Positions 1-8,057 of a stretch of DNA of 18,004 nucleotides are shown piece by piece. A model generated the notes under the pieces. It was given only the letters and a program-made list of their open reading frames with translations, was not told where the DNA came from and did not search any database. The DNA lies in NCBI GenBank assembly GCA_031367385.1, contig JANLPS010000142.1, forward strand, positions 1 through 18,004. The letters are read 5' to 3'. Position numbers and translations under genes: made by a program. Origin of the DNA: Archangium sp. Lineage in GTDB: Bacteria > Myxococcota > Myxococcia > Myxococcales > Myxococcaceae. Position 1 is the first letter of the stretch. Each line of letters opens with the position of its first letter.

Positions 1-56
1 TCGACCTTCTTCGAGCGCAACGCCTTCTTCAATCTCGCCTCTGTCTTGAGTCTCAT
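1..56 (-). CDS. Possible 5' end of a hypothetical protein running off the window (MRLKTEARLKKALRSKKV...)
   Basis: ATG at 56-54 preceded by GAGGG on the minus strand and open to the window edge. Too short to assign. Confidence 0.3.
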   Translation of the reverse strand, partial: MRLKTEARLKKALRSKKV

Positions 57-159
57 GTGTGCACCCTCTCGGCCTTGATCGGCCGCGGGCGCCTACTTCA
101 CTCTCAACGACTCAAGAAAACGGTAGTCGCTGAACGCTTACACCGATTCGGAGGCCGGT

Positions 160-724
160 TCATCGGGCAAGCATGCTGCCAGAAAAATCGAGCGCTTGAG
201 GCTGCGCGTTCCACGCCACGTGAAGAGTCATCGTTCGGGTCCGCGAATCCCAGTCGAGGTGAATGCCTTCGTAGTTGCCGCCCGTGGTCTCGATGTCACG
301 CAGCGTCGCGAAACCACCCGTGTCAGCGGGGTCGTGCGCGACCGGCACCACGGTCAGCGTCCAATCGTCGGAGGGCCCGCTCGGGCCTTGAACCAACGGC
401 AGCAACTTACCCTTGAAGGAGCCGAACGCCGCGTCGAGCTCAGGCACCCAGACCCACCCGCATTGCAGCATCGCCGCGGTGCCGTAATAGTCGGGGAAGT
501 TCGTGCTCTCGCCCCGAGCATCGATGAGCCTGCTGTAGCCAACGCGCGCGCCCGTCGCGGTCGACACCGAGATGACACTTCAAATCACCGGGTCGCCGGT
601 GTTGACCGGCCCCCGTTGATGTCGATCGCCAGCCCTCGCGCCGCGTCGACCATCATGCCTGACGAGCCAATGCCGTTGGTACAGGTCTCGTACGTCGCCC
701 CGTCGACCGAGCCGTCGTACGCCT
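160..724 (-). pseudogene. 3' part of a host gene interrupted by the RIT-like element
   Basis: Reads AYDGSVDGATYETCTNGIGSSGMMVDAARGLAIDING from 722. A frameshift near 605-615 and an in-frame TGA at 582-580 precede ORF 160..567. Joins ORF 9116..9646 in frame when 725-9126 is removed. Confidence 0.7.
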
Positions 725-756
725 GCTATTCGCAGCTGCGGACTATGCGGAGCATC
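725..756 (+). repeat. Left terminal inverted repeat
   Basis: GCTATTCGCAGCTGCGGACTATGCGGAGCATC matches the reverse complement of 9095-9126 at 30/32. The inner 23 bp (734-756 vs 9095-9117) are perfect. Confidence 0.95.
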
Positions 757-786
757 GTCCCTGTCCCGATTGTAATCGCGGGGGTG

Positions 787-799
787 TGCTCCGCATAGT
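787..799 (-). repeat. Left subterminal inverted copy of the putative recombinase-binding motif
   Basis: TGCTCCGCATAGT is the exact reverse complement of 742-754 (ACTATGCGGAGCA). Confidence 0.9.
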
Positions 800-858
800 T
801 CGACGCGATGATTGGTCGATTTTGCCGAGATCAGTAACCGCAGCAGTACTTCCGAGGG

Positions 859-2142
859 CTACTGCTGCCGGGAAGCGACCCGTCGCTCCCAGCGCGCTCG
901 CGCGACGCGCATGTCCCGCACGGCGAGGTCGACCCGACGTCCGGCGTCTTCGAGTCGCCGCAACGAGTTCGCCCGCACGACCGCATCCATTGTGCCCGCT
1001 CGAACGGCCTGCTCGAGGAGTCCGAAGTCGCGTTCGAGGATTGCTGCGCCGGGCGCGACAGCTTCGTGGGCGCCTGAAGCGGACCCATAGACGGACCACG
1101 CTTGCTCGAGCTCCGAGCGTACGTCGGCGCGAACCGTGGCGACACGTGCGGGCGCGGCGTACGAGAGCGACAACGCGCGTGCCCGCGGCTCGCGGTACCC
1201 GTCGAAGAACGGCATCGGCACGCTGAGCGTGAAGCCCATCTCCCACTCCGACCAAAGCGCGGACAGCCCCGTGGTTCCGGGCCCCTGAAACGCCCCAAGG
1301 GGGATGTCGCGCCGTCGCCAGCCGACGTCCACGCCGAGGGTCGGCGTCGGAATCATCAGCCGCTCGTACATCTCCAAGCCCAGGAAACGTGAGCGCGCCT
1401 CCGCTTCGGCTGCGAGCACGCGCGGGTCGCGGTCAACGACCCCGATGAGAACGGATTCAGAAGGCGCTGCCGCTGGCTCAGGAGGGTCTTCGACCGTGAG
1501 GTCGCCGGTCGAATCACGACCGATAAGCCGCCCGAGACGCGCGCGAGCCTGCGCGAGCACGCCGTGCGTCTGCGCGACAGACGCACGGGCGCCTTGCGCA
1601 TCGAGCACGGCGGCGTCGACATCGAGCTGGTTGCCCTGGCCGACGCGCAGGCGCTCCCGCTCCGCAGTGAGAGCAAGCTCCCACAGGGTGACGACGCGCT
1701 CCGCTCGTCGCGCAAGGCGCTGCGCAAGGGCAACATCGGCCAACGCGATGGCAACGGCTTCATCGAGCGCCCGCAAACCGTCGTCGCGTTCGTAGCCGGC
1801 TCGGTTGCGGTCCGCGCGCGCCGACGCCCCTCTGGGCGTCCACGAGCCAGAAATGTCGACTGGCATCCGCACGCCGACGGTAACCGCATGTTCGTCAGGT
1901 GACCCTGTGAGGGCCCCGGTTGAGTAGCTGCCCTCGATCCACGGGTCGCGTCGAAAGACACGTGCGGCATCACCGAGTACGGCATCGGCCCCTCGAAGCC
2001 GTGCCTCCAGCTCAGCGACCTCAGGTGCGTGCGACCGCGCCTCGGCCCTCGCATCGAGGAGCGAAAGGGCCTGAGCCGCAGCGCTCGCATTCGGGGCGAG
2101 GCACTGAAGGAGCGCGACGAGCAAAACCGCGAGCCGTCTCAC
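859..2142 (-). CDS. TolC/CzcC-family outer membrane efflux protein
   Basis: 427 aa with a signal peptide and two OEP-like repeats (RMPVD...; LSVPMPFFDG...; GQGNQLDV). GTGA overlap with the stop of the RND pump gene. Confidence 0.9.
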   Translation of the reverse strand: MRRLAVLLVALLQCLAPNASAAAQALSLLDARAEARSHAPEVAELEARLRGADAVLGDAARVFRRDPWIEGSYSTGALTGSPDEHAVTVGVRMPVDISGSWTPRGASARADRNRAGYERDDGLRALDEAVAIALADVALAQRLARRAERVVTLWELALTAERERLRVGQGNQLDVDAAVLDAQGARASVAQTHGVLAQARARLGRLIGRDSTGDLTVEDPPEPAAAPSESVLIGVVDRDPRVLAAEAEARSRFLGLEMYERLMIPTPTLGVDVGWRRRDIPLGAFQGPGTTGLSALWSEWEMGFTLSVPMPFFDGYREPRARALSLSYAAPARVATVRADVRSELEQAWSVYGSASGAHEAVAPGAAILERDFGLLEQAVRAGTMDAVVRANSLRRLEDAGRRVDLAVRDMRVARARWERRVASRQQ

Positions 2143-5100
2143 GAGGCACGCTCCGGTGAAGGCAGTGCGCGACGGCGCTCGAGCCAGACGTAGACGGTCG
2201 GCAGCACAATCATATTGAGAACCGTGGACGTGATGAGCCCCCCGCAGACGATGAGCGCCATTGGGGCCTCCAGCTCGCTGCCGGAAAACCCGAATGACAC
2301 CGCGAGCGGAAGGAGCGCGAGGCCTGCGGTCGCAGCGGTCATCAGGATGGGAAGGAGGCGCTCCTCGGCGGCGCGGAGGATGCGCGCGACGGCGTCTTCG
2401 TTCGGCGCTTCGAGGTCAAGCTGGCGCTTGTGTGCGACGAGCATGATGCCGTTGCGCGTGATGATGCCGAAGAGCGTGACGAAGCCGACGAAGCCGGAGA
2501 CCGACAACCCCTCGGGAGTCAGCGCTCCCGCGATGACACCGCCCACGAGGCCGAGCGGGATGTTGAGCAGCACGATGCTTGCGTCACGCAGCGAGCTGAA
2601 CGCCACGGAGAGGAGAACGAAGATGCTGAGAAGCACGAGCGCGCCGAGGACGACGAGCCGAGTGCCTGCCTGGGATCGGGCCACACCTTCGCCGGCGAGG
2701 TCGATGCGGTAACCGGCCAGCACATGCACGCGCTGATGGAGGCGGTCTTCGAGACGCGCTACGGCCGTCGAAAGGGAAGCGCCTGAGGCGCTTGCGCCGA
2801 TGCTGATGCGCCGCTCGCCGCCTTCGTGGTTGATGAGTGAGGGTGCGAGCACTTCGTCGAGGGTCGCGAGCGACGAGACCGTGACATCGCCCATGGCCCG
2901 TGTGGAGACGGGGATGTCTCCGAGCGCGCTCCGTTCTCGGAGCGCCGGGGGGCCTGAGAGCGCGACCTCGACGACCCGTCCGTTCGGCTCGATCAGCTGC
3001 GCCACCGAGCGCCCTTGCCGCCATTCGACGACTGCGTCGGCAAGCTCCGACGCCCGCACGCCCGCCCGAGAGAGAGCGGCGCGATCGGGGACCACGCGGA
3101 GCTGGGGCACGTCAATCTGAGGCTCGACGCGCACCAACCCAAGCCCAGGCGTCTCCTCCATGACGTGAGCGACCTCGCCTGCGAGGCGACGAAGCTCCGT
3201 GAGGTCGGGGCCAACCACCTTTACGACCACGGGGGCCGTCTCGCCGGACAGCACCTCATGAATGCGCTCCCCCAGGAAGCCCTCGACGGCGAACCCAAGT
3301 CCAGGGATTTGGCCGATGCACCGGGCCACATCCAGGACGAGCTCTTCCCATTCTCGCCCACCGCCGGGACGAAGGACGAAGTCCATCTCGATGCGGTGGA
3401 TAGGAGCTGCGTCTTCGTCGAGCTCAGCGCGTCCCGCGCGAGCGCTCACGTGCGAAGCGACCCCAGGCCGCGCCCCAGAGTCGATGCGCCCCGCGAGCCG
3501 CATCGACTCGTCGAGCGAAACTCCTGGTGCTGCGTGTACATGAGCGATGAGCGAGCCCTCGTGGAACTCGGGAAGGAACTGCCCGCCGAGGAACGGCAGC
3601 AGGATGAGCGCGCCAATTGCGAGCACCGCGGAGGAGCCGAGAACCGCTCGCGGCCTCGCAATGGCAGCGGCCAGGACGCGCCGATAGCGCGCGATGAGCC
3701 AGGTTGCGAGCCGCGTCGGACTCGCTTCTTTCGTGGCGAGTCGCGGAAGAAGCCAGGCGCACATCGCCGGTGTCACCGTCAACGCAACGAGGAGCGAAGC
3801 GACGATAGCGAAGATGTACGCCTGCGCGAGAGGTGCAAAGATGCGGCCGGCGATGCCGCCCAGCAGCAGTACCGGCAAGAGCATGAGGCATACGATGACG
3901 GTCGCGTAGACCACCGAGCCTCGCACCTCCCGCGAGGCGTCGTGCACCACGTCGAGCACCGGACGCGGCGAGGTGAGGCGTGCGTTCTCGCGCAGCCGTC
4001 GCCACACGTTCTCGACGTCGACGATGGCGTCGTCCACTACCTCGCCGACGGCTATGGCCAGGCCTCCGAGCGTCATCCCGTTGATGGACACGCCGCTCGC
4101 AACGAGGGCTGCGGCTGCCGCGAGAATCGAGAGCGGGATGGCGGTGAGGCTGATTGCTGCGAGTCTGCCGTGGCGCAGAAACGCGACGAGCACCAGCACG
4201 ACCAGCACCGCACCGAGCAGCATTGCGCGGCTTACGCTCCAGACCGACGCCCGAATGAAGTCCGCCTGGCGAAAGACCGGCGGCTCCACGCGCGCTCCCG
4301 GAGGCAGTCGAGGCGCAATCTCGGCGAGCGCGGCCTCGACACTGGCAGTCACGGAAAGCGTATCGGCCCAAGGGAGCTTGTTGATCTGCACGTAGATGGC
4401 GGGGCGCCCGTCGTACAGCGCGGCACCCACGCGCGGCTCGCCCGCATTCACCACGTCGGCGATGTCGCCCACGCGCACCGTCAGCCCATCCCGGACTACA
4501 ACAACCGCGTCCGAGAGCGCTGGGACCGAGTCGTCGAGCGTGAGGCGCGCGGCCGTCTGCACATCGAGACGCGTGGTCGTTGTCTCTGCGAACCCTGCTC
4601 CCGTGGGAGCTTGCGCGCCTTGGACGCCGGCCAGCAACTCATCCATCGAAATGCGACGGGCACGCATCCGGGAAGGGTCAGGTCGTACCTCGATGCGCTC
4701 GACCTCGCCCCCATGCACCGTGACCTGGGAGACGCCGGGAATTGCCAGAAGACGCGGACGCAGCGTCCAATCGCCGAAGGCGCGCAGCTCTCGTTGATGA
4801 GCGAGGGCCGTGCCTGGGTCAACCGTGATGCACAGCTTCAACAAGGCCCCAATCGGCGCGGAGATGGGAGCGAGTTGCGGCGCGCGCACGCCCTGCGGCA
4901 GGCGAGCCCGCGCCAGCTCGATGCGCTCGGCGACGAGCTGCCGCGCCCGATAGACATCGACGCTGTCCTCGAACAACAACGTGACGACCGAGAGCCCCTG
5001 CGAAGACGTGGAGCGCACCGTCGTCGTGCTCGGCGTTCCGAGGAGTACCCGCTCAATCGGGCGCGTGACGGTCTCCTCGACGTCGAGCGTGCCCATGCCG

Positions 5101-5270
5101 GGCGCCTCGGTCTGAACCACCACGCGCGGCGGCATGAAATCGGGCAGTACATCGAGAGACGCCCGTGACATCGTCGCGAGGCCCGCAACCATGAGACCTA
5201 GCGCGACGAGGAGAACGACGGCGCGGTGTCGGATGGACCAGGCAATCAGACCGTCGAAGAGCGCGCCCAT
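2139..5270 (-). CDS. CusA/CzcA-family (heavy-metal efflux type) RND permease
   Basis: 1043 aa. LDVLPDF..P.V.VQTEAPG N-terminus, GEVVDDAIVDVEN TM4 motif, FLPEFHEG, RNGIMLV, RLLPILMTA. Substrate cannot be read from the sequence. Confidence 0.95.
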   Translation of the reverse strand: MGALFDGLIAWSIRHRAVVLLVALGLMVAGLATMSRASLDVLPDFMPPRVVVQTEAPGMGTLDVEETVTRPIERVLLGTPSTTTVRSTSSQGLSVVTLLFEDSVDVYRARQLVAERIELARARLPQGVRAPQLAPISAPIGALLKLCITVDPGTALAHQRELRAFGDWTLRPRLLAIPGVSQVTVHGGEVERIEVRPDPSRMRARRISMDELLAGVQGAQAPTGAGFAETTTTRLDVQTAARLTLDDSVPALSDAVVVVRDGLTVRVGDIADVVNAGEPRVGAALYDGRPAIYVQINKLPWADTLSVTASVEAALAEIAPRLPPGARVEPPVFRQADFIRASVWSVSRAMLLGAVLVVLVLVAFLRHGRLAAISLTAIPLSILAAAAALVASGVSINGMTLGGLAIAVGEVVDDAIVDVENVWRRLRENARLTSPRPVLDVVHDASREVRGSVVYATVIVCLMLLPVLLLGGIAGRIFAPLAQAYIFAIVASLLVALTVTPAMCAWLLPRLATKEASPTRLATWLIARYRRVLAAAIARPRAVLGSSAVLAIGALILLPFLGGQFLPEFHEGSLIAHVHAAPGVSLDESMRLAGRIDSGARPGVASHVSARAGRAELDEDAAPIHRIEMDFVLRPGGGREWEELVLDVARCIGQIPGLGFAVEGFLGERIHEVLSGETAPVVVKVVGPDLTELRRLAGEVAHVMEETPGLGLVRVEPQIDVPQLRVVPDRAALSRAGVRASELADAVVEWRQGRSVAQLIEPNGRVVEVALSGPPALRERSALGDIPVSTRAMGDVTVSSLATLDEVLAPSLINHEGGERRISIGASASGASLSTAVARLEDRLHQRVHVLAGYRIDLAGEGVARSQAGTRLVVLGALVLLSIFVLLSVAFSSLRDASIVLLNIPLGLVGGVIAGALTPEGLSVSGFVGFVTLFGIITRNGIMLVAHKRQLDLEAPNEDAVARILRAAEERLLPILMTAATAGLALLPLAVSFGFSGSELEAPMALIVCGGLITSTVLNMIVLPTVYVWLERRRALPSPERAS

Positions 5271-5273
5271 GCA

Positions 5274-6428
5274 TCACTCCGTGTGGCGCAGCTCGGAGCG
5301 AAGACTCTCTCCTCGAAGAGACATCGCGCCCTGCGTGACGACGCGCGTCCCTGCTGCGAGCCCACTGGCGACTCGAGCCTGCCCGCCGAAGCGAGCGGCC
5401 ACGCGGACCGCATGCGGTGCGAAGAGGCCGGGAGCCGATTCCACGTAGACAACATCGGTGCCGACGCCCGGTACGAGCGCACTCTCGGGCACCAGGACGC
5501 CGCTCGACTCTCCAACGCCGACGCGCACTGAAATCGTCGCCCCGGGCAACAACGCAGCGGCCTGCGCAGCGTCAACCTCGAGGCGGTCCCGTCGCGTGCC
5601 CTCGGGACCGACAAAGCTTCCGCGCGCCACGAGTCGGGCGTGTATCCAGCCGCCGCTGACCTGAACTTCGTAACTCGCACCAATAGGGTCGTCGGGTGAA
5701 ACGGAGACGTCAATCCATCGCGAGCCGCCTCGCAACACGCGCGCGAGCACGTCGCCAGGGTGAACCACGGTACCCAGCGAGACGTCGAGCGAGACGAGGC
5801 GGCCGGCGATGGGCGCCCGAAGCGAGAGCTGGCTCGCGCCTCCAGAGAGCTGCATCGTGCGAGCGCGCCGCAGCGCTTCGACGCGCGCGCGTGTCGTTTC
5901 GACGGCGGTTTCGGCTTCTTCGCGCGCCTGTTTGCTGATGATGACGGAGGTCGCCAGCTCGCGCGCCCTGGCCGCCGTGGCCTCACGCAGGGCAAGCTCA
6001 CCTTCGGCGGCGCGAAGCTGTCCCTCGAGCTCGGCGGTCTGCACGTTCAACGACACCGTCTCGCCCGCGTTCAGCACCGGAGTGATCTCAACCAGCGTCG
6101 TTCCGCTCGTGACGTCGCTCCCGATCGCGATGGAAGCGACGGTCGTGATGCGCGCAGAGACCGGTGCTACGAGCAACGCCTCGTCACCGGGCCGTGCCGT
6201 CACACGCCCGAGCCGAACCCGAGCGTCAGGCAGCGTTCCTTGCGCAGCCTCTTCGACGCGCAGTTGCAGAGCCGTTTGATCGGCCTTTGAGAGACGGACG
6301 GTGCCGTCAGCCCCCAGACGCTGCGGTACTGCTGCGGCCATCGCCCGCTCTTCACGCTGGGCTTCACTCTCGGTGCACGCGACGAGCAAAAGCGCGGCGC
6401 ACAGCGACGCTCGTTTCAACGTGTCCAT
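5274..6428 (-). CDS. RND membrane fusion (periplasmic adaptor) lipoprotein, CzcB/CusB-like
   Basis: Start reassigned to ATG 6428 (MDTLKRASLCAALLLVAC, lipobox). LRAPIAG lipoyl-like motif, coiled hairpin, C-terminal SGLAAGTRVVTQGA. 384 aa. Confidence 0.9.
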   Translation of the reverse strand: MDTLKRASLCAALLLVACTESEAQREERAMAAAVPQRLGADGTVRLSKADQTALQLRVEEAAQGTLPDARVRLGRVTARPGDEALLVAPVSARITTVASIAIGSDVTSGTTLVEITPVLNAGETVSLNVQTAELEGQLRAAEGELALREATAARARELATSVIISKQAREEAETAVETTRARVEALRRARTMQLSGGASQLSLRAPIAGRLVSLDVSLGTVVHPGDVLARVLRGGSRWIDVSVSPDDPIGASYEVQVSGGWIHARLVARGSFVGPEGTRRDRLEVDAAQAAALLPGATISVRVGVGESSGVLVPESALVPGVGTDVVYVESAPGLFAPHAVRVAARFGGQARVASGLAAGTRVVTQGAMSLRGESLRSELRHTE

Positions 6429-7267
6429 CCGAGCACCTGCCCGACCAGCGCCTCGCCGAACCCGGCGCCCAAGAGCAGCGCGACGACGAGGGCTGCAAGG
6501 GCGAGGGAAACCCCAACGAGCCACGCCGAGCGGTTTCGTGAATCAGGCGGCATCGGCGCAAGCAGACGTTCCACTCGCAGGCGCATTGTGGTGCTCGCCG
6601 ACGCGATGCCAGCGAACGCGAACGGCGCAGGCTGCTCGATGCGAGCAGCGGCAAGGACGGCGGCAGCAAGGTCAGCGCCATCGACCATCGTTCGCGCTTC
6701 TTCGTCGCGCGCAAGCTCGAGGGCGAACAACCAATCTTTGAAGCGAGTCCGCGCTCCCGGCGAGGGCCACTGGAGGTCGGTCGCGATCTGCGCGAGCCAT
6801 ATTCGCAGGGGGTCGTGATGTCGCGCGTGCGCTTCTTCATGCGCGAGCGCAGCCTCGAAGGCGTGCTGGTCAACCTGCTGGTGGAAGTCGTGACCAACGA
6901 GGACTTGCGGACGGAGCAGTCCCACCGTCGCCGCGCTGGCGATCGGGCGTAGCTTAAGCGCGATGATGGCACGCGCTGCCGCACGCAGCCAGACGAACAG
7001 CACTGGCATGGCCACCAGAAATGCCAGCCAAGGTACGCGCTCGGCGTCATCAGGCTCGACCAGCGCCCAGCCGAACAGTGCAGCGAGCGCAAGCAACGCC
7101 GGGGTCAGCGGGATGAGAAGGCGAAGGCGGGCGTGTCTTTCGATTGCGCGACCGGATTGGGTACCTTCGTTCTTCCCGACGACCGCCGCTGCCGCGAGCG
7201 ACCCGACCGGCAGCGCTGCACCTACGAGCACAGCAGCGAGCACGAACAGAACGATCTCACGATCCAC
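6416..7267 (-). CDS. M56-family (BlaR1/MecR1-like) membrane metallopeptidase without a C-terminal sensor domain
   Basis: N-terminal hydrophobic helices, ATVGLLRPQVLV, HExxH motif AHEEAHARHHDP, ELARDEEA, RLRVERLL, then a final hydrophobic helix. Start placed at GTG 7267 (ORF track starts at 7285). Confidence 0.85.
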   Translation of the reverse strand: MDREIVLFVLAAVLVGAALPVGSLAAAAVVGKNEGTQSGRAIERHARLRLLIPLTPALLALAALFGWALVEPDDAERVPWLAFLVAMPVLFVWLRAAARAIIALKLRPIASAATVGLLRPQVLVGHDFHQQVDQHAFEAALAHEEAHARHHDPLRIWLAQIATDLQWPSPGARTRFKDWLFALELARDEEARTMVDGADLAAAVLAAARIEQPAPFAFAGIASASTTMRLRVERLLAPMPPDSRNRSAWLVGVSLALAALVVALLLGAGFGEALVGQVLGWTR

Positions 7268-7649
7268 GGCGGGTCCTCCGGGCATTGACGAGTCGCTCGA
7301 GCTCGTCGAGGAGCTTGGGGTCGACAGCCTCGACCGCGCTCACCAATGCAGCCATGGCAGGGCGCGGCGCGTCGCCCAGCATTCGCGAGACAGCCTCCGT
7401 GGCACGCGCCTGCTCAACGACGCCGCGCGCGACTTTGGCCTGGTACAGGAACGCCTTCCCCGTCTTCTTGCGCGACACGAGCCCCTTGTCGTGTAGGCGA
7501 TCAAGGACCTTCGCCGTCGTCGTATAGACCAACCCCTTCGGCTCGCCGACGCGCTCGTGAACCTCTCGCGCCGACGCAGCGCCGAGGTCCCACAGCGCGG
7601 CGAGCACGGCGTATTCGAGAGTTCCTCCGGGGAGCGCGGGCGGCTTCAT
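7257..7649 (-). CDS. BlaI/MecI/CopY-family transcriptional repressor
   Basis: 130 aa. LEYAVLAALWDLG..SAREV, LVYTTTAKVLDRLHDKGLVSR and GKAFLY winged-helix signature. Adjacent to the M56 peptidase. Confidence 0.93.
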   Translation of the reverse strand: MKPPALPGGTLEYAVLAALWDLGAASAREVHERVGEPKGLVYTTTAKVLDRLHDKGLVSRKKTGKAFLYQAKVARGVVEQARATEAVSRMLGDAPRPAMAALVSAVEAVDPKLLDELERLVNARRTRRGS

Positions 7650-7656
7650 TGACTTG

Positions 7657-7686
7657 ATTATCTACGACGTGCGTCGTAGGTGTCAA
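7657..7686 (-). promoter_or_regulatory. Sigma70-type promoter with a palindromic operator between -35 and -10
   Basis: Minus strand TTGACA (7686-7681), 18 nt, GATAAT (7662-7657), 7 nt, ATG. Palindrome CTACGACG-TG-CGTCGTAG at 7662-7679. Confidence 0.8.
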
Positions 7687-7744
7687 TGCGTGCACCCTTG
7701 GAACGACGATGAGCGGCCCGGCCGCTGAACCCGCGAACGTACGT

Positions 7745-8057
7745 CGCCGCCTTCCCTCCGCGGTCAGTCAGACATTCGTCAGACTCAGGCGTTGGCTGAG
7801 ATGGCCGGTAGATCGTTGGGGACGGCTGCCGCGCATTCACGATCTAAGGCACACATTCGCAACGCAGCGGCCTCCTTCTTTGGTCGGCCCATGGCGCAAA
7901 CATCGACAACAAGATCGCCGCGCTCGCGACCTACCTCGGTCACGTTCGGGTCACCGGCACCTACTGGTACATGACGGGTGTCCCCGAGTTGCTCGCCACC
8001 ACGGCGCGTCGGTTTGAGCGGTTCGCTGCGGTTGGTGGCGGGAGGCCACTCAAGTGA
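7745..8057 (+). pseudogene. Truncated, frameshifted RitB-like tyrosine recombinase (C-terminal third)
   Basis: PRIHDLRHTFATQR in one frame, then one extra base near 7871 and LLLWSAHGANIDNKIAALATYLGHVRVTGTYWYMTGVPELL to TGA 8055-8057, which overlaps the GTG of the next recombinase. The 5' boundary is approximate. Confidence 0.85.

Noticed and set aside
742..799. Integron attC site (long imperfect hairpin)
   Set aside because: No RYYYAAC/GTTRRRY ends, the recombinase lacks the IntI-specific insertion, and the arms match the element's terminal motif.
3015..5168. 717-aa plus-strand ORF
   Set aside because: Antisense shadow of the RND permease in GC-rich DNA, with no recognisable motif.
6416..7649. 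Beta-lactam resistance locus (blaI/blaR1)
   Set aside because: No beta-lactamase or PBP gene, and the peptidase has no penicillin-binding sensor domain.
7861..7882. Programmed ribosomal frameshift in the ritB-like gene
   Set aside because: The gene has already lost its 5' two thirds and shows no convincing slippery site with a stimulator, so decay or sequencing error is simpler.
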